DNA from: Octopus vulgaris
Taxonomy: Eukaryota
Assembly: GCA_951406725.2 (NCBI GenBank)
Contig: OX597817.1
Coordinates: 154,814,001 to 154,878,000 of the forward strand
Reading direction: 5' to 3'
DNA length: 64,000 nucleotides
The notes beneath the pieces are model-generated. The model was not told where the DNA came from. It did no database searches and saw only the letters and a program-made list of their open reading frames with translations. The position numbers and the translations under genes are program-made. Shown here piece after piece: positions 25,504 to 38,579 of this stretch (its first letter is position 1; the number at the start of each line of letters is the position of its first letter).

Positions 25504-26727
25504 CACAACAGGCTTCTTTCAGTTTCCATCTAACAAATCCACTCACAAAGCTTTGGTCGGCCCAAGGTTATAGTAGAAGACACTTGCCCAAGGTGCCACA
25601 CAGTGGGACTGAACCCAGAACCATGTGGTTGGTAAGCAAGCTACTTACTACTCAGCCACTCCTGCACCTATATCTGCAAGTTTTGTTTAAAAAGTTTGGA
25701 CCAGACCTACATGTACAGATACATGGTCAATATTGACTAACAGAGACCCTGCATAATACTCTTCACTAATTAAGACTGGGTCTTTGAATTCACTTGTGGA
25801 TCATTGCAACCCACAGTATATGCTTATTTCTTTCTCAGGTAACTCCTCTAACTGTAGTAGTCTACTTTTCAGTTAAGAGCGAGATATTTTTGTTTGCTTA
25901 TTGTTATTTATTTATTAGGGCATGAGGATATTGTGAGAAGTGTCAATCACTTCAGGCAGTCAGCTGACTGGGCCAAATATAGATCATACTAGTTATTTTT
26001 ATTTCTTTATTGTACACAAGGGGCTAAACATAGAGGAGACAAACAAGGACAGACAAACGGATTATTCGTTTTGTTTTTGTTTTGAGTTTTTGCTTTCGTT
26101 TTAGCCTTTCGTTATGTATACGTACGGAAAGCGTGTGTATAAAATTATAGAATTATTTTGTTTGTTAATTGTTTAAATTATTTTCCATTGCTTTCATTTT
26201 TTTTTCGTAATTGTTATCCTTAAATTAATTTAACAATTAAGAAAAAAACAACGAAAGGCTAAAATTTAGGGTTAGGGTCAGTGACAGGATGTTGTCTCAG
26301 TTTTAGACGCAGCAAATGATTTTAGCTCAATTAGAGGCAATTGATTGGTTAAAATTCGAAAAATTAAACTACGTTAAACAAACGAATTACAATCAAGAAA
26401 GCCAAGAGAAAAAAATGTTTTATTTTGACACATTCTACCAGTATACGAAGTTTTAAAGTGTTTAGTTAACTAGAAATTGTGTTGAAAACTGCCGTTCAAA
26501 AAGAAAAGATCCAAAGGATCTATTTTAATCCAATCTCTTGTCGCCACATTAATGGGGGTGAGATAACCAAAAGGTACCCAATATCCGATTACCAATCAAT
26601 TGTTACAGGCTGATCTCACAAGAGTTAAATTACAACACCAAGAGTTAAATTGCAACTGCAATTATAACTACACCCAAAACAACAACAACAGCAACAGAAA
26701 AAGTATCACGAGTATTAACAACGATGT

Positions 26728-26890
26728 AGGCGTAGGAGTGGCTGTGTGGTAAGTAGCTTGCTTACCAACCACATGGTTCCGGGTTCAGTCCCACTGCGTG
26801 GCACCTTGGGCAAGTGTCTTCTACTGTAGCCTCAGGCTGACCAAAGCCTTGTGAGTGCATTTGGTAGACGGAAACTGAAAGAAGCCCATC

Positions 26891-26970
<80 letters not shown>

Positions 26971-27175
26971 ATGTATGTGTGTGTGTATATGTTTGTGTGT
27001 CTGTGTTTGACCCCCCAACATCGCTTGACAACCGATGTTGGTGTGTTTACGTCCCTGTAACTTAGCGGTTCGGCAAAAGAAACCGATCGAATAAGTACTA
27101 GGCTTACAAAGAATAAGTCTTGGGGTCGATTTGGTCGACTAAAGGTGGTACTCCAGCATGGCCACAGTCAAGTAA
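26728..27175 (+). mobile_element. SINE family B
   Basis: Near-full copy with expanded internal (TA)n. Confidence 0.85.
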
Positions 27176-27448
27176 AACAAGCAAAAGTGTAACAACAATA
27201 ACATCAACAACTGCAACGAAGAATCGACATGGACACCTAAGTGGTTGCTTAAACTGCAAGAAATGGCAACCAAATCTCCTTCATGTCATACCCTACGTTT
27301 ACAAAAACGGAAGGACGAGTCTGAAAAAGAAAGTCACTCACAGTTGCAACAACAACAACAACAACAACAACAGAAACAACTATCCGACTTTAATTGAACG
27401 TTGTAATATTAAGATCAGACTAATGTTGTATATCGCTTGGTTCGAATT

Positions 27449-27604
27449 AGGAGTGGCTGTGTGGTAAGTAGCTTGTTTACCAACCACATGGTTCCAGGTT
27501 CAGTCCCACTGCGTGGCCCCTTGGGCAAGTGTCTTCTACTATAGCCTCGGGCCGACCAAAGCCTTGTGAGTGGATTTGGTAGACGGAAACTGAAAGAAGC
27601 CTTC

Positions 27605-27701
<97 letters not shown>

Positions 27702-27911
27702 TGTGTCTGTATTTGTCCCCCTAGCATTGCTTGACAACCGATGCTGGTGTGTTTATGTCCCCGTTACTTAGCGGTTCGGCAAAAGAGACCGATAAAATAA
27801 GTACTGGGCTTACAAAAGAATAAGTCCCGGGGGTCGAGTTGCTCGATTAAAGGCGGTGCTCCAGCATGGCCGCAGTCAAATGACTGAAACAAGTAAAAGA
27901 GTAAAAAGAGT
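27449..27911 (+). mobile_element. SINE family B
   Basis: Full copy with expanded (TA)n(TG)n. Confidence 0.85.
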
Positions 27912-29130
27912 AATGTGCACAGCAATCGATTAGATGAACGACAACTGTTTCAGATGGAATGAGGCCAAAATACTGAGAAACAGCCATTCAACTGTATCCA
28001 CCCTGGAACACGAAGGCTGAAATGGGCAGTTAAAAATACAAACTTCTGTAAGAATGTATGTATAAGCAACAATTAGCAGCGGAACGGGGTAGGATATTTC
28101 CAATTATATTGATCCTCGTTTATATGGATTTACTGGAGATATAGCAGCAGTTACACCAGCCTATGAAGAGCATGCTACAATGACCAAAAACTAGCTTTAC
28201 GTTCATTTCTGATAATGTTATCACACCCCAAAATACAGTAATCTCTCAACTTTAGCTTTCACATGAATGAGGAATTTTTTTCTATAAAGGTTTTAAAAAC
28301 AAGGAAGCGTTATGTAATCAGTTTGAGGAAGCAAACTTGACTTCATTAATAAGACAATCGTATTAAATAGTTTAAATAGTCTTCATGGCGTGACCATTTA
28401 ATTAGATTGCATGATATCGTCATCGAAACGCGTGCAACTCTAGTGCAATACTACATCTCGCTGCATGTTCACAATTCTTGCTTCGTTTAACATCATTAAG
28501 AGTCGTGTTAGTGGTATCAACATTTGCTTCATTTGGTGATAGGATATCCACGATCATCGATCGTTGCAAGCCGGTTTTCTGATTATCTAGACTTGGTCTT
28601 GCTTCTAATATTAGTTTAGAATCTCTCTTCATTCTCGGGCATTTTCGTATTAGCCACTGTGCACCAGAATTGTTCTGTAATTTTTGTTAACGACTAGTTA
28701 CGTATTTCAACTCCTCTGTATTAGATATAGAACCTTTTCGAGTATTTTGCCGCGTTTTGGGATATACCGAAGAAGTGCACCAGTTGCAAAAGGTATTCTA
28801 AGTCTGCGTACCATCAATGCAGAAGGACTTTGCTTTGTTCCAGCTGGGGGATTCGATGGGTAACCGAGTAAAAATTTCGATAAGTATGCGCCAAAACATC
28901 CAAACTATTTAGAAAAATCTTTAATTCCCATTTTCCCAGTTTGTATTAATTTCAATCTGACCTGACCGTTAGACGATTATCAGAAAGCTGCGATTGGTTG
29001 GGTCGCACATTGGCGCGTAATACAGCAAGAGACAAACTGCGCCAATACCAACCAATCAGAGTAGTGGACACAACAGAGCCCAAGCGGCCGAAGATTAGTT
29101 CTTATCTGCTACGTCCGTATTTATGTTATA

Positions 29131-29523
29131 CTAGCAGTATCGCCCGGCGTTGCTCGGGTTTGTAAGGGAAATAACTATATAAGCATTTTTAGAGATGTAA
29201 AGTATAATAGCCATCTCAATATGGCTAACCACAAGGGGAGTGTTACTGTAGCTTTTTACGTTCGGAGATTTAATAATAAATTTTTAGAGAGTTACTTGCC
29301 TTATATATGCCAACAATGCATTAAGAATGGGAAAAATTGATGGTAAATTTTTTTTTAATCGTAGACTCATCGTAGACGCGCGCTAATACCCAGAAGGGCT
29401 CGATATGAATCACGACTATAAGATACCCGGTTTTGGTTAAACTGCACCGCAAAATGTGGGAGTAGTTAGGAATCTAAATCGTAGGAGACAGACAGCACAC
29501 AACCTCACTTTTATATATAAAGA
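29131..29523 (-). mobile_element. Non-autonomous Helitron
   Basis: Minus strand A|TCTTTATATAT ... hairpin CCCGAGCAACGCCGGG ... CTAG|T: 5' TC, subterminal hairpin, 3' CTAG, A/T insertion site, no TSD. Confidence 0.8.
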
Positions 29524-29574
29524 TATGTCAGAGAGAGAGAGAGAGAGAGAGAGGATGAATTTCACTAAGGGTAC

Positions 29575-30100
29575 GCTACAGCTTAAAAGATTTGCAGCTT
29601 ATCTTCTTAAGCCATTTTAACAATGTCTCGTCGCAGAACTTTGCAGCATTATTGGAAACCCTTATATGTGGAATCCCATTCCTAACATAAATAGTTCTCG
29701 AAACTATCCCAACAGTTTGATAAAAAAAACCCTGTTGAATTGTTTGCGGTTGGTATTGCAAAAGCTTACTTTCATTCAGACGTTCCTTGAGACGAAAATA
29801 ACATTGCTACCAGTGTTTTCTTGCATCTGTACTTCAATATTGTTTAATTTAATGGAGATCAGTGAGTTGGAATCACTGATCCCGATGTTAGAGACATAAC
29901 TTCGACTCCTGGTCACGACTTGTATCAGCATAAACTTCGGACGCTTTCTTAAATTCTATCCTAGAAGTCTGGTAGACAGGTTGAAAATGCTTCTTTCTTA
30001 CAAATATTATCTTTCCCTAAAGCAAGACACTTTTCCATATTATAGGTATAATGACAGACAAGACTTATGTGTGACTGTTTTCTGGCGATTCTTATCGACA
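29575..30100 (-). pseudogene. Gypsy-like integrase relic
   Basis: RTIYVRNGIPHIRVSNNAAKFCDETLLKWL resembles the integrase core IF.R.GIP..IVSDNG..F motif; heavily decayed. Confidence 0.5.
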
Positions 30101-30217
30101 TGTGACATCAACAATTAATTTACCGTATTGCTGGTTTGGTTTCAAATTTTGGTACAAGGCCAGTCAGTTTTGGGGTGGAGCTAAACCGATTACATTGACC
30201 CCAGTTCTCAATGATAC

Positions 30218-30596
30218 CACTAGCGTAGGTAGAGTGTGTACCGCCCGGGGCGGCCCTTCCGTTTGCCGTCCCCGGACCCCACAGAAAAAAAGCACATTGC
30301 CTATAGCAGACCTAAAAGTACCTATTTCTTTACTACCCACAAGGGGCTAAACACAGAGAGGACAAACAAGGACAGACAAAGGGATTAAGTCGATTATATC
30401 GACCCCAGTGCGTAACTTGTACTTATTTAATCGACCCCAAAAGGATGAAAGGCAAAGTCGACCTCGGCGGAATTTGAACTCAGAACGTGGCAGCAGATGA
30501 AATACCGCTAAGCATTTCTCCCAGCCTACCGCCCCTTTAAAAGTGCTGCTTGGGACGGACTGCCCCTACGTCTCCCCTCCCCCAGCTACGCTAGTG
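30218..30596. mobile_element. hAT-like MITE (SINE C nested inside)
   Basis: TIRs CACTAGCGTAG / CTACGCTAGTG; second copy at 54267-54816. Confidence 0.65.
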
Positions 30597-30930
30597 TCTG
30601 GTACTTATTTTATCGACTCCGGAAGGATGAAAGCAAAGTCGACCTCAGAACATACAGATGGGTGAAATACTGCTAAGCATTTTGCCCGGCGTGCTAACGA
30701 TTCTTATTTCTTTATTACCCACAAGGGGCTAAACATAGAGGGGACAAACAAGTACAGACAAAGGGGTTAAGTTGATTATATCGACCCCAGTGCGTAGCTG
30801 GTACTTATTTAATCGACCCCGAAAGGATGAAAGGCAAAGTTGACCTCGGCGGAATTTGAACTCAGAACGTAACGGCAGACGAAATACCACTAAGCATTTT
30901 GTGCGGTGTGCTAACGATTCTGCCAACTCA
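30320..30930 (-). mobile_element. Cluster of SINE family C copies
   Basis: Reverse-complement copies at ~30320-30530, ~30597-30703 and ~30704-30930. Confidence 0.75.
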
Positions 30931-31255
30931 CTGCTTTTACTGGATTATAATTGTCATTAATAGAAGTCGCATGGAAAAACTGTCAGGGAACACATAGATA
31001 TGTTATCATACAGTTTTACTAACGCATCATCATGTGGAAACGCAAACTTTTGGTCATGCAATCATACTGAAACATAGATTTGTGGAAGCATACACACGTC
31101 GTTGCACAAACATATGGAGACAGTCACGTGGACACACAAACATCTGATCACACAGTTATAATGATGTATGGTCGTGTAGAACATAGACATGTAAACAACT
31201 ACGTGAAGAAAAGGCATAATAGTGGGGACAAACGTGTGGATACTCAGGCAATATA

Positions 31256-31760
31256 CGAGGGGATGTTCAAAAGTTATAAACCCAAAACAAAGGGAATAGC
31301 CACAAAACTTCTGTTATATTCCACGTATTCACCCCACACTTCAATACACTCAACAGTTCGCCTCACAAGCTTCTGTAAGCCTTCTCCTGAAAAATCATAT
31401 TAATGGTCACTGAAATACCATTCTGCTATAGCTTCGTTTTGAAATTTATTTTAAGATTTGGGAATAGAAAATAGGCCGACGGAATTAGATTTAGTAAGTA
31501 GGATAGATGGATGGTATAGGTTTTTACAGTTTTAGTGTTCGTAGCTTCAATAACTGAAAAAGATTTAATGTTGTTTTCCTAGCCCGGAGAACAGTAGCAC
31601 TGTTCTGTCAAAAGAGATCAGGTTTCTGCAGTTTTCTTTCAACAGCACTTTAGGCAAATATTCTGCATTCACTGATAGGCCCTTCTGAGGATTGTCAACA
31701 AAATGTCATCTTTATTCTACAAACCATGACATATCCAGTTGACTGCAGGGACAGGTATTT
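31256..31760 (-). pseudogene. mariner transposon relic
   Basis: TA|CGAGGGGATGTTCAAAAGT terminus; minus strand HLSYLLNLIPSAYFLFPNLK approximates mariner HPPYSPDLAPSDYFLFPNLK. Confidence 0.65.
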
Positions 31761-32955
31761 CGTGATAGTTCCAAGTCTAACATATGAAAATTCTACACTC
31801 AAAATGGAGATGTGTTTAAGTTAAGGATCTGAAATTATGAAATATAGCGAGTAAAATTATAGTACATTTGCACTTTATACTATAAAGGATGCTCTTTCCA
31901 GTTACAGTAAATGCATTCAGATTTTGTGAGATGGGTTAAACCAAGAACATGTCAGTACAGACCCTTTTTCTTCTTAGACTGCAGATTACAAAATTAATAA
32001 TGTATCTACTTTCCTGCCCAACAAAAATTGTTTCTATATCAATTTGCCTTTTCTCTTTGAACATACCAGTTACAGAATACCTCTTTGCACTCTGTCTATC
32101 CCGTATTTCCTTTCTTCGCGTCTTTACTCTCTCTACTCGTACCAAACCATTTTGAACATTCAACTTTCAGAACTTGTCATGAGCCAACGTTGCAGTATTA
32201 GATAAGGCAGTCCTAGATACAATGTATGTAAACAATACAGGATGGCCCTGCTGTAATTTTTCTTATCTTAAATGTACTCACTTAGAGCTCACAAGAAGCT
32301 AAATAATAACAAAACAGTAACATCTTGTTATTTATATAAGTTTCTTATTTCATAAGTCGACACTCTATGATCTACAAGCCAGCGATAGAGATTCTACATG
32401 CTCGCACAATCTGCTCAAATTACACTGTATTGTATTTTTAAAAAATCAACAGTTTGGACAATGTAGTCTTAGATATGCTAAAAGCGGAACGATTATGGCT
32501 AGAATGGCTTTGATCATACATCTGATTATTCAGGGTTAACTCGGAGCTAAACAACAACGACTTCATCGGTTATGGCACAAAGCAATCTTAGATATACTAA
32601 AGCGGGATGATCATGGATAGAATGCCTTTGATCATAGATCTGTTCATTCAGGGTTGACCTGGGGTTAAACAACTTTATGGATTAAGGGCAATGCCCTCTA
32701 CTTGAAGCAAAATTAAAAATAATAAATACTGAATTTGATAGCATGCCATATAAGACTCATTCCAACCCACTCCCAAAATGTCTCAAAAATCACAAGTCCT
32801 GCATGCGAAGTTAAGTCTATAACACATACATTTTTTCCTGAATATGCGCTGCTAAAACTGGGTGCGTCTAGTATGCTCGCGAATCTTTTATGCCACCAAA
32901 ATATGGCATAAAACCCCACAATATAGCAGAAATAGTAGGATGTCGGAGAAAATTA

Positions 32956-33517
32956 CGAGGGTGAGTCAAAAAGTAATGCCATTTTGTTTAGAACAGGTAT
33001 AATTACCAACACAGGAACGTGTATCATACATCAAAATGAAGCTGTTCCTCTGTGGATCACATCCCTACTCCTCAACATAGCCACACTTTCTCTAAATAGT
33101 AATGTTCCACCGTCGAATGAGAGCATGTATCCCTGCCCCGTAAAATTCTGTTGACTATTCTTCGAGCCACTTCTTCACTACAGTTTCCACTTCCTCGTCA
33201 CTGGAATAATGTTTTCCTCTCAAACCCTCTTTCATGGGGCTGAAGAGATGATAGTCCAGTGACGATGATAGTCCAATGATGAGGAATTGGAAACTGTAGT
33301 GAAGAAGTGGCTCAAAGAACAGTTAACAGAATTTTACGGGGCAGGGATATATGCTCTCATTCGAAAGTGGAAAATTACTATTGAGAGAAAGCGTGACTAT
33401 GTTGAGGAGTAGGAATGTGATCGAGGACCAGCTTCATTTTGATGTATGATACATGTTCCTGTGTTGGTAATTATACCTGTCCTAAACAAAATGGCATTAC
33501 TTTTTGACTCACCCTCG
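32956..33517. mobile_element. mariner-derived foldback MITE (two transposase 3' ends)
   Basis: TA|CGAGGGTGAGTCAAAAAGTAATGCC ... GGCATTACTTTTTGACTCACCCTCG|TA with ~245 bp inverted arms. Left arm (minus) reads DYHLFSPMKEGLRGKHYSSDEEVET..; right arm (plus) reads NDEELET..GIYALIRKW..DYVEE*. Confidence 0.9.
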
Positions 33518-33530
33518 TACTTGCGTACAC

Positions 33531-33903
33531 GGAGGCGCAATGGCCCAGTGGTTAGGGCAGCGGACTCGCGGTCGTAGGATCGCGGTTTCGATTCCCAGAC
33601 CGGGCGTTGTGAGTGTTTATTGAGCGAAAACACCTAAAGCTCCGGCAGGGGATGGTGGTGATCCCTGCTGTACTCTTTCACCACAACTTTCTCTCACTCT
33701 TACTTCCTGTTTCTGTTGTACCTGTATTTCAAGGGGCCGGCCTTGTCACTCTCTGTGTCACGCTGAATATCTCCGAGAACTACGTTAAGGGTGCACGTGT
33801 CTGTGGAGTGCTCAGCCACTTACACGTTAATTTCACGAGCAGGCTGTTCCGTTGATCGGATCAACCGGAACCCTCATCGTCGTAACCGACGGAGTGCTTC
33901 CCA
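33531..33903 (+). mobile_element. tRNA-derived SINE family A
   Basis: Same sequence as 3604-3987. Confidence 0.9.
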
Positions 33904-34249
33904 TCCCAGTACATCATTAAATATACTGTCCTTAACAGATTTTCATTAGTTTCCAATGAGAAAGTAATTCAACACGATTGGAACTTATGGATATCCGGCA
34001 TCCGGCAGTCAGCTTTCGCTTTTCCAACCGCTGTGTGAATTATTTCACATCTTCTGTCTTATCTGCTATTGAGGACTTGGAATGATGAATCATATTTAGT
34101 CTGGAAGATCACCAACGTCTTTGCCGTTTTCAGTAATACAGCTAACTGCAGGATGCTCCTATTAGCATTGTTCTCGAGATCACAGGAACGCAAGCCTCTC
34201 CGCCACGTCATGCTAGAGCTCCAGGGAGGAGGCAGCAGTTAAAGACTAT

Positions 34250-34634
34250 GGAATGGAAACACTCCGTCGGTTACGACGATGAGGGTTCCGGTTGATCCGA
34301 ATCAACGGAACAGCCTGCTCGTGAAATTAACGTGTAAGTGGCTGAGCACTCCACAGACACGTGCACCCTTAACGTAGTATTCGGGGATATTCAGCGTGAC
34401 ACAGAGAGTGACAAGGCCGGCCCCTTGAAATACAGATACAACAGAAACAGGAAGAGTGAGAGAAAGTTGTGGTGAAAGAGTACAGCAGGGATCACCACCA
34501 TCCCCTGCCGGAGCCTCGTGGAGCTTTTAGGTGTTTTCACTCAATAAACACTCACAACGCCCGGTCTGGGAATCGAAACCGCGATCCTATGACCGCGAGT
34601 CCGCTGCCCTAACCACTGGGCCATTGCGCCTCCA
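34250..34634 (-). mobile_element. tRNA-derived SINE family A
   Basis: Reverse complement of family A; 14-bp TSD cagttaaagactat at 34236-34249 and 34635-34648. Confidence 0.9.
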
Positions 34635-35017
34635 CAGTTAAAGACTATATAGATAAACCAAAAGCTAAAGGTTGCAATAAAGTACTGCAACCACATCTAT
34701 GACGGTGTTGCTGCTAAGCTCCAAGATATCCTAGATCGCGCCCAGAGAAAAGTCATTAGACTAATTGGCATTCAGTCACTAATACACACGCTCCAATTTC
34801 TCTCTCTCTCTCTCTCTCTGTCCCCTTTCTATCGCTACTATATATGGCTACTGATCCTCAGAGCCGGCTGGCCTCGCACTTCGACTACTCGGGTATCCCC
34901 GACCCACATATCTCTCCGCCTCGCGTCAGTCTTATTGCCAGCACTGTATTTAACCATTAGACAAAATAAGCACGTGCTTAGGACATCAAGAGAAGGGAAG
35001 CACCATAGAAATGGGAT

Positions 35018-35433
35018 AAGGCTGTGAGCTGGCAGAAACGTTAGCACACCGGGCGAAATGCTTAGCGGTATTTCGTCTGCCACTACGTTCTGAGTTCAAA
35101 TTCCGCCAAGGTCGACTTTGCCTTTCATCCTTTCGGGGTCGATAAATTAAGTACCAGTTACGCACTGGGGTCGATGTAATCGACTTAATCCGTTTGTCTG
35201 TCCTTGTTTGTCCTCTCTGTGTTTAGCCCCTTGTCGGTAGTAAAGAAATAGGTATTTCGTCTGCGGCTACGTTCTGAGTTCAAATTCTGCCGAGGTCGAC
35301 TTTGCCTTTCATCCTTTCGGGGTCGATTAAATAAGTACCAGTTACACACTGGTTCGATATAATCGACTTAATCCCTTTGTCTGTCCTTGTTTGTCCCCTC
35401 TGTGTGTAGTCCCTTGTGGGCAATAAAGAAATA
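35018..35433 (+). mobile_element. SINE family C (body internally duplicated)
   Basis: Same architecture as 36054-36471. Confidence 0.85.
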
Positions 35434-36053
35434 AGAAATGGTAAATGGTTAACGGCACAAATAAAATCACTTTAAACATACTAAAAGTATTATTCAAAGT
35501 GGTTTATATGATCGGAAATATAATTTCGAAGTGTTCATGGTATCATAGTGAGGATCTGACCAAAGAATTTGCAATTAAAACAAGAAGAAAACTTTTCAAA
35601 TATAAATAAAGTGGAAGTATACAAAAATAAACATTATTTTCCATCTTACTGTTAGATTTGTTTCATTTTGAGAAATAAAAATTTATTTTATGGTTTCTTA
35701 TTGTTTATATTTTTAATTACATATATATGAGAGCATCAAAATCTTTCAAGTGCTTAGGGCCTCTATGGGTCTTAATCTGGCCCTGCTTGTTGCTTCTACT
35801 TCGATCCCACTGTAACCATTACGGTCAATACTTCATTTCGAGAACATCGCCTTCTGGAATCTTCCCCTTAGAGGTGTTGACCCGCGACAGTTAAAACGGA
35901 ACAATAACTGCATCAAGTTCACGGGTCTCAGGAGAAATGCAAGAATCATGGGCACAACTACCTCTTTCAGAAGCAGCAAGTAAAAAAAATTCTTTTTTCT
36001 TAAACCTTCAATGGAATTTGGAGAGGGAAACTGTGCAGAAACCTGGGCGTATA

Positions 36054-36471
36054 AAAGGCTGTGAGCTGGCAGAAACGTTAGCACGCCGGGCGAAATGCTT
36101 AGCAGTATTTCGTCTGCCGTTACGTTCTGAGTTCAAATTCTGCCGAGGTCTACTTTGCCTTTCATCCTTTCGGGGTCGATAAATTAAGTATCTGATGAAT
36201 ACTGGGGTCGATGTAATTGACTTAATCCATTTGTCTGTCCTTGTTTGTCCCCTCTGTGTTTAGCCCCTTGTGGGTAGTAAAGAAATAGGTATTTCGTCTT
36301 CCGTTACGTTCCGAGTTCAAATTCCGCCGAGGTTGACTTTGCCTTTCATCCTTTCGGGGTTGATAAATTAAGTACCAATTACGCACTGGTGTCGATATAA
36401 TCGACTTAATCCGTTTGTCTGTCCTTGTTTGTCCCCTCTATGTTTAGCCCCTTGTGGGCAATAAAGAAATA
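36054..36471 (+). mobile_element. SINE family C (tRNA-like head; body internally duplicated)
   Basis: GAGCTGGCAGAA..GAGTTCAAATT (A/B-box-like), body GCCTTTCATCCTTTCGGGGTCGATAAA; 17-bp TSD agaaacctgggcgtata at 36037-36053 and 36472-36488. Confidence 0.85.
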
Positions 36472-37212
36472 AGAAACCTGGGCGTATATACAACTAAAAG
36501 CCTTTTCTGGAATTCACACACTTCGATATCAAAAATAATAAAAATTGTTACACTGTCGAATACCTGGTGTATTTAGTCACGATCCTCCACGTTTCGAGTT
36601 CAAATCATACAAACGTCAACCTAACTATTAATTCTTCCGAGGTCGATGACATAAAATACCAAGGAAGCCCTGAGTCGATTATATTTCTACATTGCATCCT
36701 AAATATAAATGGAATTATATAATAGAACACTTTACTTTTCCTCTTATGCCAATTTTTGAAAGCAGCGTTACGAACCAACAAGAGAGCTTCCAAGTAGTCA
36801 AACGATCTGCTAGAAATAGCAGTCAAATCTCCTTCAACCAATACTTTCCATCATTACAAATGGAAGAACATATTGGATAACGTAGTCCCATAAATACTAT
36901 CTCCACCAACAAGAAAAAGGGGGAAAAAGCCGGTACAGTTACATCTGAAACACTTTGATCGCTTTTGTCTGTTGAACAAAAGCTGACCTCGGGCTAAAGA
37001 ATATCAACATAATTATGACAAAAGCAGTGGATGGCAGCGGTATTTGGTTGTTGTTCAGAGCCCCGAATTAGCTCTGATCAAGTAAATTATGATCAATACC
37101 TCCAGGCATGACCATCCTATCTTATGTTCAGATAATGCAATATATCCATAATTAAATTATCAATGTTTCTTTTTTTTTTTTTTTTCTTTTTCAGATGGTA
37201 GGGTAAGCCTTT

Positions 37213-38170
37213 AGGGGGAACATGACTATTATTTCTAGCATACCGTATAGTATTTAGTTATGTCTCTACGATCTGAGCTCAAATCCAGCCAAGGCTACCG
37301 TTGCCTTTAAACCTTCCGGGTTCAATAAAATGAAAAATTTGTCAAGTATTGGATTGATTTCATCGACTTTGGAGGGGGAACATGACTATTATTTCTAGCA
37401 TGCCGTGTAGTATTTAGTTATGTCTCTACGATCTGAGCTCAAATCCAGCCAAGGCTACCGTTGCCTTTAAACCTTCCGGGTTCAATAAAATGAAAAATTT
37501 GTCAAGTATTGGATTGATTTCATCGACTTTGGAGGGGGAACATGACTATTATTTCTAGCATGCCGTGTAGTATTTAGTTATGTCTCTACGATCTGAGCTC
37601 AAATCCAGCCAAGGCTACCGTTGCCTTTAAACCTTCCGGGTTCAATAAAATGAAAAATTTGTCAAGTATTGGATTGATTTAATCGACTTTGGAGGGGGAA
37701 CATGACTATTATTTCTAGCATGCCGTGTAGTATTTAGTTATGTCTCTACGATCTGAGCTCAAATCCAGCCAAGGCTACCGTTGCCTTTAAACCTTCCGGG
37801 TTCAATAAAATGAAATTTTTGTCAAGTATTGGATTGATTTCATCGACTTTGGAGGGGGAACATGACTATTATTTCTAGCATGCCGTGTAGTATTCAGTTA
37901 TGTCTCTACGATCTGAGCTCAAATCCAGCCAAGGCTACCGTTGCCTTTAAACCTTCCGGGTTCAATAAAATGAAAAATTTGTCAAGTATTGGATTGATTT
38001 CATCGACTTTGGAGGGGGAACATGACTATTATTTCTAGCATGCCGTGTAGTATTCAGTTATGTCTCTACGATCTGAGCTCAAATCCAGCCAAGGCTACCG
38101 TTGCCTTTAAACCTTCCGGGTTCAATAAAATGAAAAATTTGTCAAGTATTGGATTGATTTCATCGACTTT
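37213..38170 (+). repeat. 160-bp tandem array, 6 copies
   Basis: catgactattatttctagca starts at 37221, 37381, 37541, 37701, 37861 and 38021; copies near-identical. Confidence 0.95.
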
Positions 38171-38579
38171 ATTTCTCCCTCTTTCCAAATTCCCAACCTT
38201 GAACCTATGATAGGAATTATTATTAGTATTAGTAGAAGTTATAATAGCAGCAGTGTCGCAGTAGAAGTGATGATATAAATACAAAGCAGTAACAGTAGAA
38301 CTAGCAGTGGTTACATAACAGCAGTGATTGTGGCAGCAGCAGTGATAATAATAGTGATAATAGTAGTTATGTTTGTGAGGCTGTGGCAGTAAATAAAGTT
38401 TGTATCCATTAAGCCTGACCCCTCCCGCGTCAAACCTGGCATTGTCACCCAGCACAGACTGGGGTTGTCTCCCTTCGCAGGTCTACAAGGGCGTCATCAG
38501 ATTGAAACTGAATACACCCGCCCCACCGCCGCCGCCTTATATGCTTACGTTCAACATACGCATACATACCTAAACTTGC

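Larger units (their letters stand above)
24961..25670 (-). mobile_element. SINE family B with HHR insert in its internal microsatellite
   Basis: 3' half at 24961-25226 and 5' half at 25453-25670. Confidence 0.85.

Noticed and set aside
34670-34860. LINE-like fragment (KYCNHIY..LDRAQRKVIRLIG)
   Set aside because: Suggestive of a decayed LINE C-terminus but too short and degenerate to call.
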